Assembly: GCA_963823335.1 (NCBI GenBank)
Contig: CAWGLD010000001.1
Span: forward strand, 256,001 to 320,000
Length of the DNA: 64,000 nt
From: an uncultured delta proteobacterium
Lineage (GTDB): Bacteria; Desulfobacterota; Desulfobacteria; Desulfobacterales; B30-G6
Reading direction: 5' to 3'
A program made the translations under genes and the position numbers. Shown here piece after piece: positions 37,920 through 46,872 of this stretch. Below the pieces are notes generated by a model. The model was given only the letters and a program-made list of their open reading frames with translations. It was not told where the DNA came from and did not search any database. The first letter of the stretch is position 1. Each line of letters begins with the position of its first letter.

Positions 37920-38609
37920 ATGCCGGCGGGTCTAGAGAAAAAATCGTCTTTCGGGCAAATAGAACGACAGGTGGTGCTACCGTTCGGGAAATCGATCGAA
38001 ATCGCCTTCAAAAGCATCCGAGTTCGCTTTGTCCGATCCATGATAACCACCCTAAGCCTGGTCCTGGCCGTGGCTTTCTTAAGCTATACCAATGTAAATA
38101 TCGATGTTGTCAACGGCCTGCTCGCCACTGGAAATGACGATATTCGGCAGCGGGTTACCCGCTCGGGATATGATGTACAACCCACAGGTGACCAGGTAGA
38201 AAACACCCCCAAACAGAGATGGATCGTTATTCTATCACTGCTGGTGTGCGTTGTGGGGATCGTCAATGCCCAGCTCATGTCGGTAACCGAACGGTTCAGA
38301 GAAATAGGTACCATGAAATGCCTCGGTGCCCTGGATCGTTTCATCCTGAGGTTGTTTCTTCTGGAAGCAGGTATGCAGGGTCTGGTGGGCGCAGGGCTCG
38401 GCGCACTCCTGGGCGCCCTCTTTGCCATCACCTCCGGTGTCATACAGTTTGGCACCCCAGTCATTACAAATCTTCTCTGGGGGGACATGCTTGGGTCCAT
38501 GGGCCTGGCAACCGGTGTCGGCTGTCTCTTAAGTCTTGCAGGCGTTCTATACCCTGCCATGATGGCGGCAAGGATGCAGCCGGTTGAAGCCATGCGGGTG
38601 GAAGAATAA
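37920..38609 (+). CDS. ABC transporter permease (FtsX/MacB-like)
   Basis: GIVNAQLMSVTERFREIGTMKCLGA; PA..AARMQPVEAMR. Confidence 0.88.
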   Translation: MPAGLEKKSSFGQIERQVVLPFGKSIEIAFKSIRVRFVRSMITTLSLVLAVAFLSYTNVNIDVVNGLLATGNDDIRQRVTRSGYDVQPTGDQVENTPKQRWIVILSLLVCVVGIVNAQLMSVTERFREIGTMKCLGALDRFILRLFLLEAGMQGLVGAGLGALLGALFAITSGVIQFGTPVITNLLWGDMLGSMGLATGVGCLLSLAGVLYPAMMAARMQPVEAMRVEE

Positions 38610-38613
38610 AACC

Positions 38614-38647
38614 GTTACACGATTTTATAAAACGCGACGTTGTCGCT
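38614..38647 (-). repeat. short hairpin repeat family F
   Basis: Minus strand AGCGAC-AAC-GTCGCGTTTTATAAAATCGTGTAAC. Confidence 0.7.
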
Positions 38648-38680
38648 CTTATTTCGAACCGTTGTCAAGGATAAAACGCT

Positions 38681-39415
38681 ATGGCAGTCAACAGCAGTAT
38701 TGTTCGCGTTTCCAAAGTCACAAAAACCTTTCGACTCGGCAAAATCGAGGTTCAGGCGCTGAAAGGCGTGGACCTGGAAATTGCCTCTGGAAAATACATA
38801 TCCATCATGGGACCTTCCGGATCAGGAAAGAGTACTTTGTTCAATATGATCGGCGGCCTGGATAAACCCACCTCTGGAAAGGTCTTTATCGACGAAGTCG
38901 ATATTGCCCAACTGGATGCATATGAACTGGCATGGCTTCGCTGCCGGAAGATCGGCTACATATTTCAGACTTTCAATATCATACAGGTCATGACCGCCCT
39001 CGAAAACGTCACCCTGCCGATGATTTTTGCCGGCGTTCCCAATGAGACCGCCGTTGAAAAGGGTATGGGGCTGATGAATCTGGTAGGTCTGGGGGATCGC
39101 TTTAACCACAAACCCTTTGAGTTGTCGGGAGGACAGCAGCAGCGTGTTGCCATCGCCCGGGCACTGGCCAATGACCCGGCCATCATTCTGGCGGATGAAC
39201 CCACCGGCAACCTTGACCTGACCACCGGTGAGGAGATCATCACTTTGTTGAAACGCTTGAGCGCTGAACGTGGTGTCACGATTATCTCCGCCACCCATGA
39301 TTTCAAAATGCTGAACGTCTCGGATCAGGTTATCTGGATCCGGGATGGTCGTGTGGACAAAATCGAAGAGCGGGAGGAACTATCCATATCCATCGGTACA
39401 ATCGACACACGCTAG
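38681..39415 (+). CDS. ABC transporter ATP-binding protein (LolD/MacB type)
   Basis: GPSGSGKS, LSGGQQQRV, ILADEPTGNLD, ATHD. Confidence 0.93.
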   Translation: MAVNSSIVRVSKVTKTFRLGKIEVQALKGVDLEIASGKYISIMGPSGSGKSTLFNMIGGLDKPTSGKVFIDEVDIAQLDAYELAWLRCRKIGYIFQTFNIIQVMTALENVTLPMIFAGVPNETAVEKGMGLMNLVGLGDRFNHKPFELSGGQQQRVAIARALANDPAIILADEPTGNLDLTTGEEIITLLKRLSAERGVTIISATHDFKMLNVSDQVIWIRDGRVDKIEEREELSISIGTIDTR

Positions 39416-39497
39416 CGTCATGTAGCGATGGTATCTGTCGTTGCCATAAGCATATTTTTTTCACTTATAACCACAAACTCTGTATCGGTGTCATTTT

Positions 39498-42400
39498 ATG
39501 GACCGAAAAAAATACCAGCGAACCAGGTCTAACGTTGCCGACAGCCTGTCTGTCAAAAGGGGTGCTTGCATTCTTCAAGGAAACCTGTTTGGCCTCGTAA
39601 TCACGCTGGCATTGTGCCTTTTGGGTTTGTCGGCCGTTGGCGATGGTATTGCTGCAACCGACTCCATGGATGGGGATCAGTTTTTTAAAGATATTCAGGC
39701 ATTATCCGCTGTTCAGGACAGAAGTACCGGGACCCCCGGCAATGTAACGGCTGCCGAGTACATCAAGAATCGTCTGTCCGGAATGGGATTCGAGATCATC
39801 GGGTCCCAGCGATTTTCCGTACCGGTAATGCATCATCGTGACAGCAGACTCCGGATATCTGACACCGGCCCATCAATTTCAATCCTGCCATACTTTGGAA
39901 ACGCCGTATCACCCCAGGCAATCCCTGCCCCTGGGATAAAGTCCCCCCTGATCTACGCCGGTACCGGTGAACCTCAGGAATATAATGGAAAAAAAGTCGA
40001 AGGTGCGATTGTCCTGATGGAGCTCGATTCGGGCAAAAATTGGGAATATGCCGCCACCATGGGCGCCCGGGCGGCAATCTATGTGGACCGTGGAAATTCA
40101 CCCAACATCCTTTTTAAGGATAAGTTTGAACTTTCACCGGTTCAGTTTCCCCGATTCTGGATACCCCTTGACCAGGCAAGAGACCTGTTTGGGCTCTTTG
40201 AAAATCCAGCCTTGACCCGGGTGGCGGAACAGATCACCCTGACATCGGATATCCGCTGGCAGACGGAATTAGCTGAAAATATTTACTGCCTGATTCCCGG
40301 CTTAGACCCGGAGCAAAAAAATGAGATGGTCATGCTCGAGGCCTTCTACGACAGCTCCATCAACGTGGCCGGGCTATCTCCAGGCGCCGATGAAGCCTGC
40401 GGCGTGGCGACACTACTAGAATTTGCCAAGAGAATGAAAGAAAACCCGCCCAAAAAGACGGTACTGCTTGTAGCCAGCGCAGGCCATGCGCAAACGCTTT
40501 CAGGCATGCGTGAGTTTATATGGGGCTTCTCCGAAAGATCCAAGACCGTCAAACAGATGAAAATGGACCTCAGGTCACGGATTGAAGAAACACGCCAAAC
40601 CATCGATGGTTTGACAACCCTTTCTTTCGAAAAGAAGAGATTCCCGGAGGCCGACGTCATGTCCCTTCTTGATGTGGCCATAAAAGAAAGACTCAAAACC
40701 GAGGCAGACAGCGTCTCCCGCCAGCTCATGCAGTTGCGGCTAGAGACAGATAATTCTGTCAAGCCGGAGGCCATCAAGAAACTGGCGGATCAGCGCCAGT
40801 TGTTGCGACGCCTGACCTGGCGCACCTCTTACGAGAGTGAGAATCTATCCACACAAGAAATGCATCTGCTGGATCAGATTGTTGTCAGAGCAACCGATGA
40901 CAGCAAAGCCGTATTACTGGATATCCAACAGCAATTTGTGTTTATCGAAGATGTGGACAACCTTCGCAGGCATACCCGAGAATATGACCTGGCCGCATCG
41001 GTATCCCTGCATCTCTCGAGCCACGGCACCGGCTTTGGCGCATTCAACTATGGGTGGTTGTACCCCTTCAGACCACGAATCAACCGTGTGTCCAGCTTTA
41101 GCAAACTGGATGAAGCCCTGCGACTGGCAGCCGAAGCAACCGAACAAGAACTTGGTACTAAGGATTTTTTCAAGGATACCCTGCGCCCCAGCAGACAAGG
41201 GTCATGGAAAAATTTCTTTGTGGATCAACCCCCCCTGGGAGGGGAGGTATCGGCCCTGGCCGGGTATCACGGTTTAAGCCTGGTAACGACACACGATGCC
41301 AGATCTTTTTGGGGAACCGCTTCCGACACCCTGGAAAATATGGATCGCCCATATGCTTTGCAGCAGGCCGGTGTCGTCTGCGGGATCATGCAGCGACTGG
41401 TACAATACGGCAAGCTGCACGAGGACATCTACCCCAGAAAAGGCTTTGCCACTTTGGCCGGTAGTGCAAAATTTCTAAGGCATGGAGAACTTTTCGCAGA
41501 CCAGCCTGCACCGGGTACTGTATTGCTTGCCTACCAGGGGCCTGCCAAATTTTATACGATGGTGGATCAGAGCGGTGCCTTCCTTCTCAAAGGTGTCGCC
41601 GACAGCAAGCACAGTTTCCACAAGGTCATTTTAGAAGGATACAAGTTCGATACCCACACCGGTTCCATCGACTGGACCATCGATAAAAATCAGACTGACA
41701 AGGCTGCCTACCGTGTCAAAATGATTCGTCTTGCCATGGAGACGGATTTGAAGATGTTCGCCTGTAAGGGAAGCACGCTGTTCAATCTGCTGGAACCTAG
41801 AACCTTCCGGTATCTGACCAAGAGCCAGGTGCTGGACGGGCGTCGTGAAGCCGAACCGGTTCGATTCTTCTACAGCCGCCTCGACACCTGGTCATCCAAT
41901 ATTTCAACCATTTTTCTCGAACCCGGAACACCGCTCAAGCTGACCCTTTCCGATTCCGCCCTGAATAAGAAACTGATTCTGCTGAATAACACGCCCAAAA
42001 ACCCGCAGGGAACCGGTTACAGGGTCGAAAACTGGCCCACGCTGCATCGTACCGGATATCGCATAGCCAGTGATATGTGGACATTGCTGGTGCCGCGCAT
42101 AAACAATCTGGAAGAAAGCGGCATCATCAACGAGCGTATACAGCAATTGCAAAAAGACGGCCTCACAGCCTTGAAACTTGCGGAAAGCGCATGGAAAGAC
42201 AAGCGCTACGATCGGTTCTTTGAAGCCTCATCCAGATCCTGGGCACTGGCAAGCCGCGTATACGACGACATCGAAAAAACACAGAAAGATGTGCTCTATG
42301 GCGTGTTGTTCTATATCGCCCTGTTTGTCCCCTTCTCGTTCTGTCTTGAAAGACTTCTCTTTTCCTACACCAACATCTATAAACGAATCGCCGCTTTCAG

Positions 42401-44417
42401 CGTAATCCTCATCCTCCTGATCACGGTCATCTACAATGTTCATCCGGCTTTTCAACTGGCATACAGTCCCATGGTCGTCATCCTGGCATTTCTGATCATG
42501 GGTCTTTCACTCGTGGTGACATTGATTATCTTTTTCAGGTTTGAAGAAGAAATGACCCGTATCCAAAGCCGTTCCCAGCGCAGCCAGTCTGAAGAAATCG
42601 GCCGCTGGAAGGCCTTTGTTGCGGCATTTCTTCTGGGGGTCAGCAACCTCCGCCGCCGCAGGTTGAGAACAGCCTTGACCTGTATCACCCTGATCATCCT
42701 CACCTTCACCATCATGAGTTTTACCTCAGTCAAGTCCATACGGAAACATACGCGTATCCTTTATAACAACCGGTCTCCCTACCAGGGTTTCCTCTTGAAA
42801 AACATTAACTGGCGGGATCTGCCACCCCAGGCTTACACCATCGTTTCAAATACATTTTCCGAAACGGGAATTGCGGCACCCAGGGTATGGCTGGAAGAAG
42901 AAGACCGAACCCGTTCGACGCGAATCCCCATTCATTATGACGGGAAAACGTTTGAAGCACAGGGCATGATCGGATTGTCACACAATGAAGTCCATGTGTC
43001 CGGTATCGAAAGCATTCTCGTCGGCGGACGCTGGTTGAGAGCCGAAGATCGGCAGGCAGTCCTTCTTCCAGACCGGATGGCTGAACACCTCGGTATTGAT
43101 ATCAAATCGCCGATCAACCAGGTGGTGACCATCTTGGGGACCCCTTTTCACGTTGTCGGGATTTTTTCGGGTGAGGGTTTACAGGAGCTGAAAGACCTGG
43201 ATGGGGAGCCTCTGACGCCCGCTATCTTTCCCAGAGAAGTTTCGGATGGCATGACCGAAGCCGTTGTCGAGGCACTGGAGTCGGGTGATGACATGCGTGA
43301 ATTTCAGAGCCGCTATCAGCATCTCGACACTGAAGTTACGGTCATTGTCCCTTTTCAGAAACTTATGGCGGTAGGCGGCCATGTCAAAGGTATCGCCATT
43401 CGACCGAATGCACAGGGCTCGAACCAGGAGATGGCCCAGATGCTGGTGGACCGTTTCGGTCTGTCGCTGTTCAGTGGGGAGGAATCGGGAACCTACTTGT
43501 ATCATGCCAGTGACAGCATGAGTTACAGCGGTGTTCCCAATATAATCGTGCCCATCTTGATTTCGATATTCATTGTATTGAATACCATGATCAGCAGTGT
43601 CTATGAACGCAAACGTGAAATCGGTATTTACACATCCGTCGGGCTGGCACCCTCGCACGTTTCCTTTCTGTTTATAGCGGAAGCCATGGCGTTTGCCGTA
43701 CTCAGCGTTGTTTTCGGTTACATTCTGGCACAGACATCGGCAAAATTTTTTGCAGGTACCGCCCTTTGGTCCGGTATTACGGTCAATTACTCCTCCGCCG
43801 CAGGTGTTGGTGCAATGGTTCTGGTCATTCTGGTTGTCATGATATCGGTCATTTATCCATCCAAGATTGCCGGTGAAATCGCCATTCCAGACATTAACCG
43901 TTCCTGGACCCTGCCCGCTCCCCGGGAAAACAGGATTGATATTGTTCTGCCGTTCCTCATGACCTACTTGGAGCACCGCAGTGTCGGCGGCTTTATTTAT
44001 GAATACTTTGCCAGTCACCAGGAAATCACCCATGGCAAATTTTCTACCGGGGATGTAGCCTTCTCCTTTGTCTGCGAAATACCCCCGAAAGAGGAAGACA
44101 ACCAGGAGGACTGCCCTGAAGACCAATACACCTATGATGAATGCCTCCATTTGACATCAAAGGTCTGGCTGGCACCGTTTGACTTCGGCATACTCCAGCG
44201 GGTTGCGTTGAAATTCAAACCTGCTGAAGAAGAAAAAGGGTTTCTTGAAGTGCACGTTTCACTGCACCGCGAATCCGGAGAATCCAACGCCTGGCAACGG
44301 ATCAACAAAACGTTTCTGCATGAAATCCGAAAACAACTGCTCCTGTGGCGTTCCTTTGATGACGAGACCAAGGAGCATTACGAACGTCTTTTAGCTGAGG
44401 CAGTTCAAGCAGATTAG
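39498..44417 (+). CDS. large membrane protein: PA plus degenerate M28 peptidase-like domain fused to an FtsX/MacB-like permease
   Basis: DRSTGTPG..AAEYI, PA-like GAIVL, AFYDS..SPGADEACG; C-terminal NTMISSVYERKREIGIYTSVGL. Confidence 0.85.
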   Translation: MDRKKYQRTRSNVADSLSVKRGACILQGNLFGLVITLALCLLGLSAVGDGIAATDSMDGDQFFKDIQALSAVQDRSTGTPGNVTAAEYIKNRLSGMGFEIIGSQRFSVPVMHHRDSRLRISDTGPSISILPYFGNAVSPQAIPAPGIKSPLIYAGTGEPQEYNGKKVEGAIVLMELDSGKNWEYAATMGARAAIYVDRGNSPNILFKDKFELSPVQFPRFWIPLDQARDLFGLFENPALTRVAEQITLTSDIRWQTELAENIYCLIPGLDPEQKNEMVMLEAFYDSSINVAGLSPGADEACGVATLLEFAKRMKENPPKKTVLLVASAGHAQTLSGMREFIWGFSERSKTVKQMKMDLRSRIEETRQTIDGLTTLSFEKKRFPEADVMSLLDVAIKERLKTEADSVSRQLMQLRLETDNSVKPEAIKKLADQRQLLRRLTWRTSYESENLSTQEMHLLDQIVVRATDDSKAVLLDIQQQFVFIEDVDNLRRHTREYDLAASVSLHLSSHGTGFGAFNYGWLYPFRPRINRVSSFSKLDEALRLAAEATEQELGTKDFFKDTLRPSRQGSWKNFFVDQPPLGGEVSALAGYHGLSLVTTHDARSFWGTASDTLENMDRPYALQQAGVVCGIMQRLVQYGKLHEDIYPRKGFATLAGSAKFLRHGELFADQPAPGTVLLAYQGPAKFYTMVDQSGAFLLKGVADSKHSFHKVILEGYKFDTHTGSIDWTIDKNQTDKAAYRVKMIRLAMETDLKMFACKGSTLFNLLEPRTFRYLTKSQVLDGRREAEPVRFFYSRLDTWSSNISTIFLEPGTPLKLTLSDSALNKKLILLNNTPKNPQGTGYRVENWPTLHRTGYRIASDMWTLLVPRINNLEESGIINERIQQLQKDGLTALKLAESAWKDKRYDRFFEASSRSWALASRVYDDIEKTQKDVLYGVLFYIALFVPFSFCLERLLFSYTNIYKRIAAFSVILILLITVIYNVHPAFQLAYSPMVVILAFLIMGLSLVVTLIIFFRFEEEMTRIQSRSQRSQSEEIGRWKAFVAAFLLGVSNLRRRRLRTALTCITLIILTFTIMSFTSVKSIRKHTRILYNNRSPYQGFLLKNINWRDLPPQAYTIVSNTFSETGIAAPRVWLEEEDRTRSTRIPIHYDGKTFEAQGMIGLSHNEVHVSGIESILVGGRWLRAEDRQAVLLPDRMAEHLGIDIKSPINQVVTILGTPFHVVGIFSGEGLQELKDLDGEPLTPAIFPREVSDGMTEAVVEALESGDDMREFQSRYQHLDTEVTVIVPFQKLMAVGGHVKGIAIRPNAQGSNQEMAQMLVDRFGLSLFSGEESGTYLYHASDSMSYSGVPNIIVPILISIFIVLNTMISSVYERKREIGIYTSVGLAPSHVSFLFIAEAMAFAVLSVVFGYILAQTSAKFFAGTALWSGITVNYSSAAGVGAMVLVILVVMISVIYPSKIAGEIAIPDINRSWTLPAPRENRIDIVLPFLMTYLEHRSVGGFIYEYFASHQEITHGKFSTGDVAFSFVCEIPPKEEDNQEDCPEDQYTYDECLHLTSKVWLAPFDFGILQRVALKFKPAEEEKGFLEVHVSLHRESGESNAWQRINKTFLHEIRKQLLLWRSFDDETKEHYERLLAEAVQAD

Positions 44418-44587
44418 GTTGTTTAGGCTGTAGAAAAAAATGGGTGGCCATATGAAACTCAAAACGCTTGAAACGACCAGTGAAATAACGAAGGCTGAAA
44501 AGACTATGGGGGCACGATTACTGTCCGTATGCAACCGATAGCGACCTAACAGCCTACAGTCTAAGCAACCTGATCTATAAGGATGAC

Positions 44588-46627
44588 ATGACCGACACAC
44601 CCGACATAACAGCAACACAACAGGCTCCGGTTTCGGGAAAGCGTGAAACGCTCTCAAACAGGATTCGCTGGCGGGCTATTTTCATAGGATCCTTTCTGGC
44701 CTTGCTCATCTGCCTGATAACGCCCTTCAACAACGCCTACAGATTAGGGACACCCCTTGGGGGCGGACACTTTCCCCTGGCTCCGTTTTATTTTCTCATC
44801 TGGATGGTTGTCATCACCGCTTTCATCCGCTGGTTGTTCAAGGGCCGCAATCTTCTCACCGGAAAAGAGCTTCTGGTGGCCTGGGCATTCATGGTTCTTC
44901 TTTCAGGCATTGCCTGGACGGGCCTGGCAAGGACCTTCTTTCTCAACTTAACGGCGCCTTACCATTTCGCCACCGTCGAAAACCAATGGGAAGAAGTTCT
45001 TCATCCCATGCTGCCGTCGGGATGGTACCCCCAGAACCAGGCGGCCATCACCGATCTATACAACGGCCTGTCCGGAGGACGCCAGATGAGCTGGATAGAT
45101 GTCCTGGGCAACATTCCGTGGGAGGCCTGGGTGCGGCCTCTGCTGGGCTGGGCCGGCTTTGTCCTGCTCTGTTATTTTGTCATGGCCTGCATGGTCAGTC
45201 TCTTGAGTAAACAGGGGATCTATCACGAGCGGATCAATTTTCCTCTCCTGCGGGTACCATTGCTGATTCAGGAAGCATTCGACAACCAGGAGCTGGGTCG
45301 ATTCTTCAGCAACCGCTTTCTCCTGGTGGGTCTGTCCATACCGGTTTTGCTCCACCTGTTGAACGGTCTGAGTTTTTACAATCCTTCCATACCCTCGATT
45401 CCCACGCTGGTCATAGCAGGTAAATATTTTCCGAAACTGGGCCTCTTTTCCGGATTCTACAAACTGAAAATCTATTTTTACCCGGCATTCATCGGATTCG
45501 CTTTCCTGACCTCGAAACAGATATCGTTTTCCTTCTGGTTTTTTTACATTGCCGGCGCCCTGTTGTTCGGTGTCCTGTCATTTATGGGAATCAACATCCC
45601 GGCCGGTGCTCTCGGTGTGACCTTCGGACCGACCATCTCCAGACCCGAAGAGATGCAGATGATCGGCGCATATGTTGTATTTTTTATTTTTATCGCCTGG
45701 CTGGCCAGGTTCCATTTAATGGATATCCTTCGTATGGGATTCGGACTCAAAAAAGAAACCGACCCGGAAAGTGAATGGCTCTCCACGCGCATGGCTTTCT
45801 GGGGGACCGTTCTGGGTGGTCTCGGCATTGTGCTGTGGTGCCATTTTGCCGGTGTCCCTTTCCTCTTTTCCTTTATGGTCGTAGGTGCCCTTTTCCTGTT
45901 TATGCTGGTGGCCACACGGGTGATCTGCCAGGGGGGCATCGCCTATTTCACCTTGACAGCTGCACCCATGGATGGACTCATGGCATTGTTCGGACCCAAG
46001 GCGTTTACCCATGTGGGTCTTGTTGTTTCGGCGGTTATCCAGAAAATGCTCTTTGTCGACCTGCGCGAATCGCTCATGCCGTCTCTTCTCCACGCACGAA
46101 AAATATCGGACGGCACCAACAGCAACCGGCGTATATTCATTGCCATTATCATCACCCTCGCCCTGGGTATTCTAGTTTCCTTTCTGGCCATGCTCGCTCT
46201 GTGCTATAAATTCGGCATCCGGGAACTCCAGTTCGAATGGGCCAGCCGCACGACACTGGCTGTTTATGACAATCTTTTCAACCTGATGGAAGTCCCTATG
46301 GAATCCAGCCAGTGGGTCATGACCTTTATGCTGGTGGGTGCGGCCTTGATGCTGGTTCTGGTGATCTGCTATCACCGTTTTTACTGGTGGCCGATACATC
46401 CCATCGGCTACTTGACGGCCTACAGTTCCGCCATGTGGTATCTGTGGTTCTGTTTCTTTATCGGCTGGCTTTGCAATGCACTTTGCATGCGCTACGGTGG
46501 CGTCATGCTTTACAAAAAAGTGCGCTATTTTTTCATTGGGCTCATTATCGGGGATTTCCTGATGGCAGGAACCTGGGCCATCTATGGCCTCTTCAGCGAC
46601 GCAAGCTATAACGTGATGCCGATATAA
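44588..46627 (+). CDS. polytopic membrane protein (DUF6785/DUF6784-like, OPT-related)
   Basis: Very hydrophobic 679 aa; ERINFPL, WWPIHPIGY, RYGG...Y....FFIGLIIG. Confidence 0.75.
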   Translation: MTDTPDITATQQAPVSGKRETLSNRIRWRAIFIGSFLALLICLITPFNNAYRLGTPLGGGHFPLAPFYFLIWMVVITAFIRWLFKGRNLLTGKELLVAWAFMVLLSGIAWTGLARTFFLNLTAPYHFATVENQWEEVLHPMLPSGWYPQNQAAITDLYNGLSGGRQMSWIDVLGNIPWEAWVRPLLGWAGFVLLCYFVMACMVSLLSKQGIYHERINFPLLRVPLLIQEAFDNQELGRFFSNRFLLVGLSIPVLLHLLNGLSFYNPSIPSIPTLVIAGKYFPKLGLFSGFYKLKIYFYPAFIGFAFLTSKQISFSFWFFYIAGALLFGVLSFMGINIPAGALGVTFGPTISRPEEMQMIGAYVVFFIFIAWLARFHLMDILRMGFGLKKETDPESEWLSTRMAFWGTVLGGLGIVLWCHFAGVPFLFSFMVVGALFLFMLVATRVICQGGIAYFTLTAAPMDGLMALFGPKAFTHVGLVVSAVIQKMLFVDLRESLMPSLLHARKISDGTNSNRRIFIAIIITLALGILVSFLAMLALCYKFGIRELQFEWASRTTLAVYDNLFNLMEVPMESSQWVMTFMLVGAALMLVLVICYHRFYWWPIHPIGYLTAYSSAMWYLWFCFFIGWLCNALCMRYGGVMLYKKVRYFFIGLIIGDFLMAGTWAIYGLFSDASYNVMPI

Positions 46628-46630
46628 AGA

Positions 46631-46730
46631 AGGGTTCAAGGGTCCGAGGGTGATACAAGGGTGCGAGGGTAGCTAACAGCTACAAGCGGACAGCAGCGTC
46701 CCAACATTCAAGGATTCCAGGGTCCAAGGA
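46631..46730 (+). repeat. G-rich intergenic repeat family D
   Basis: AGGGTTCAAGGGTCCGAGGGTGATACAAGGGTGCGAGGGTAGCTAACAGC plus a degenerate tail. Confidence 0.78.
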
Positions 46731-46832
46731 AAATACTTTCAGTTACAAAGAAAGAAAGGTTGTAAACAATCTTACGAATTGAGAAAAAGGGGCTACTAAC
46801 GAGCATAAGCCGGCAAACTTTTCACCCTCAAT

Positions 46833-46865
46833 AGCGACCTAGTCGCGTTTGATAAAATCGCGAAG
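46833..46865 (+). repeat. short hairpin repeat family F
   Basis: AGCGAC-CTA-GTCGCGTTTGATAAAATCGCGAAG. Confidence 0.7.
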
Positions 46866-46872
46866 TGATTTT

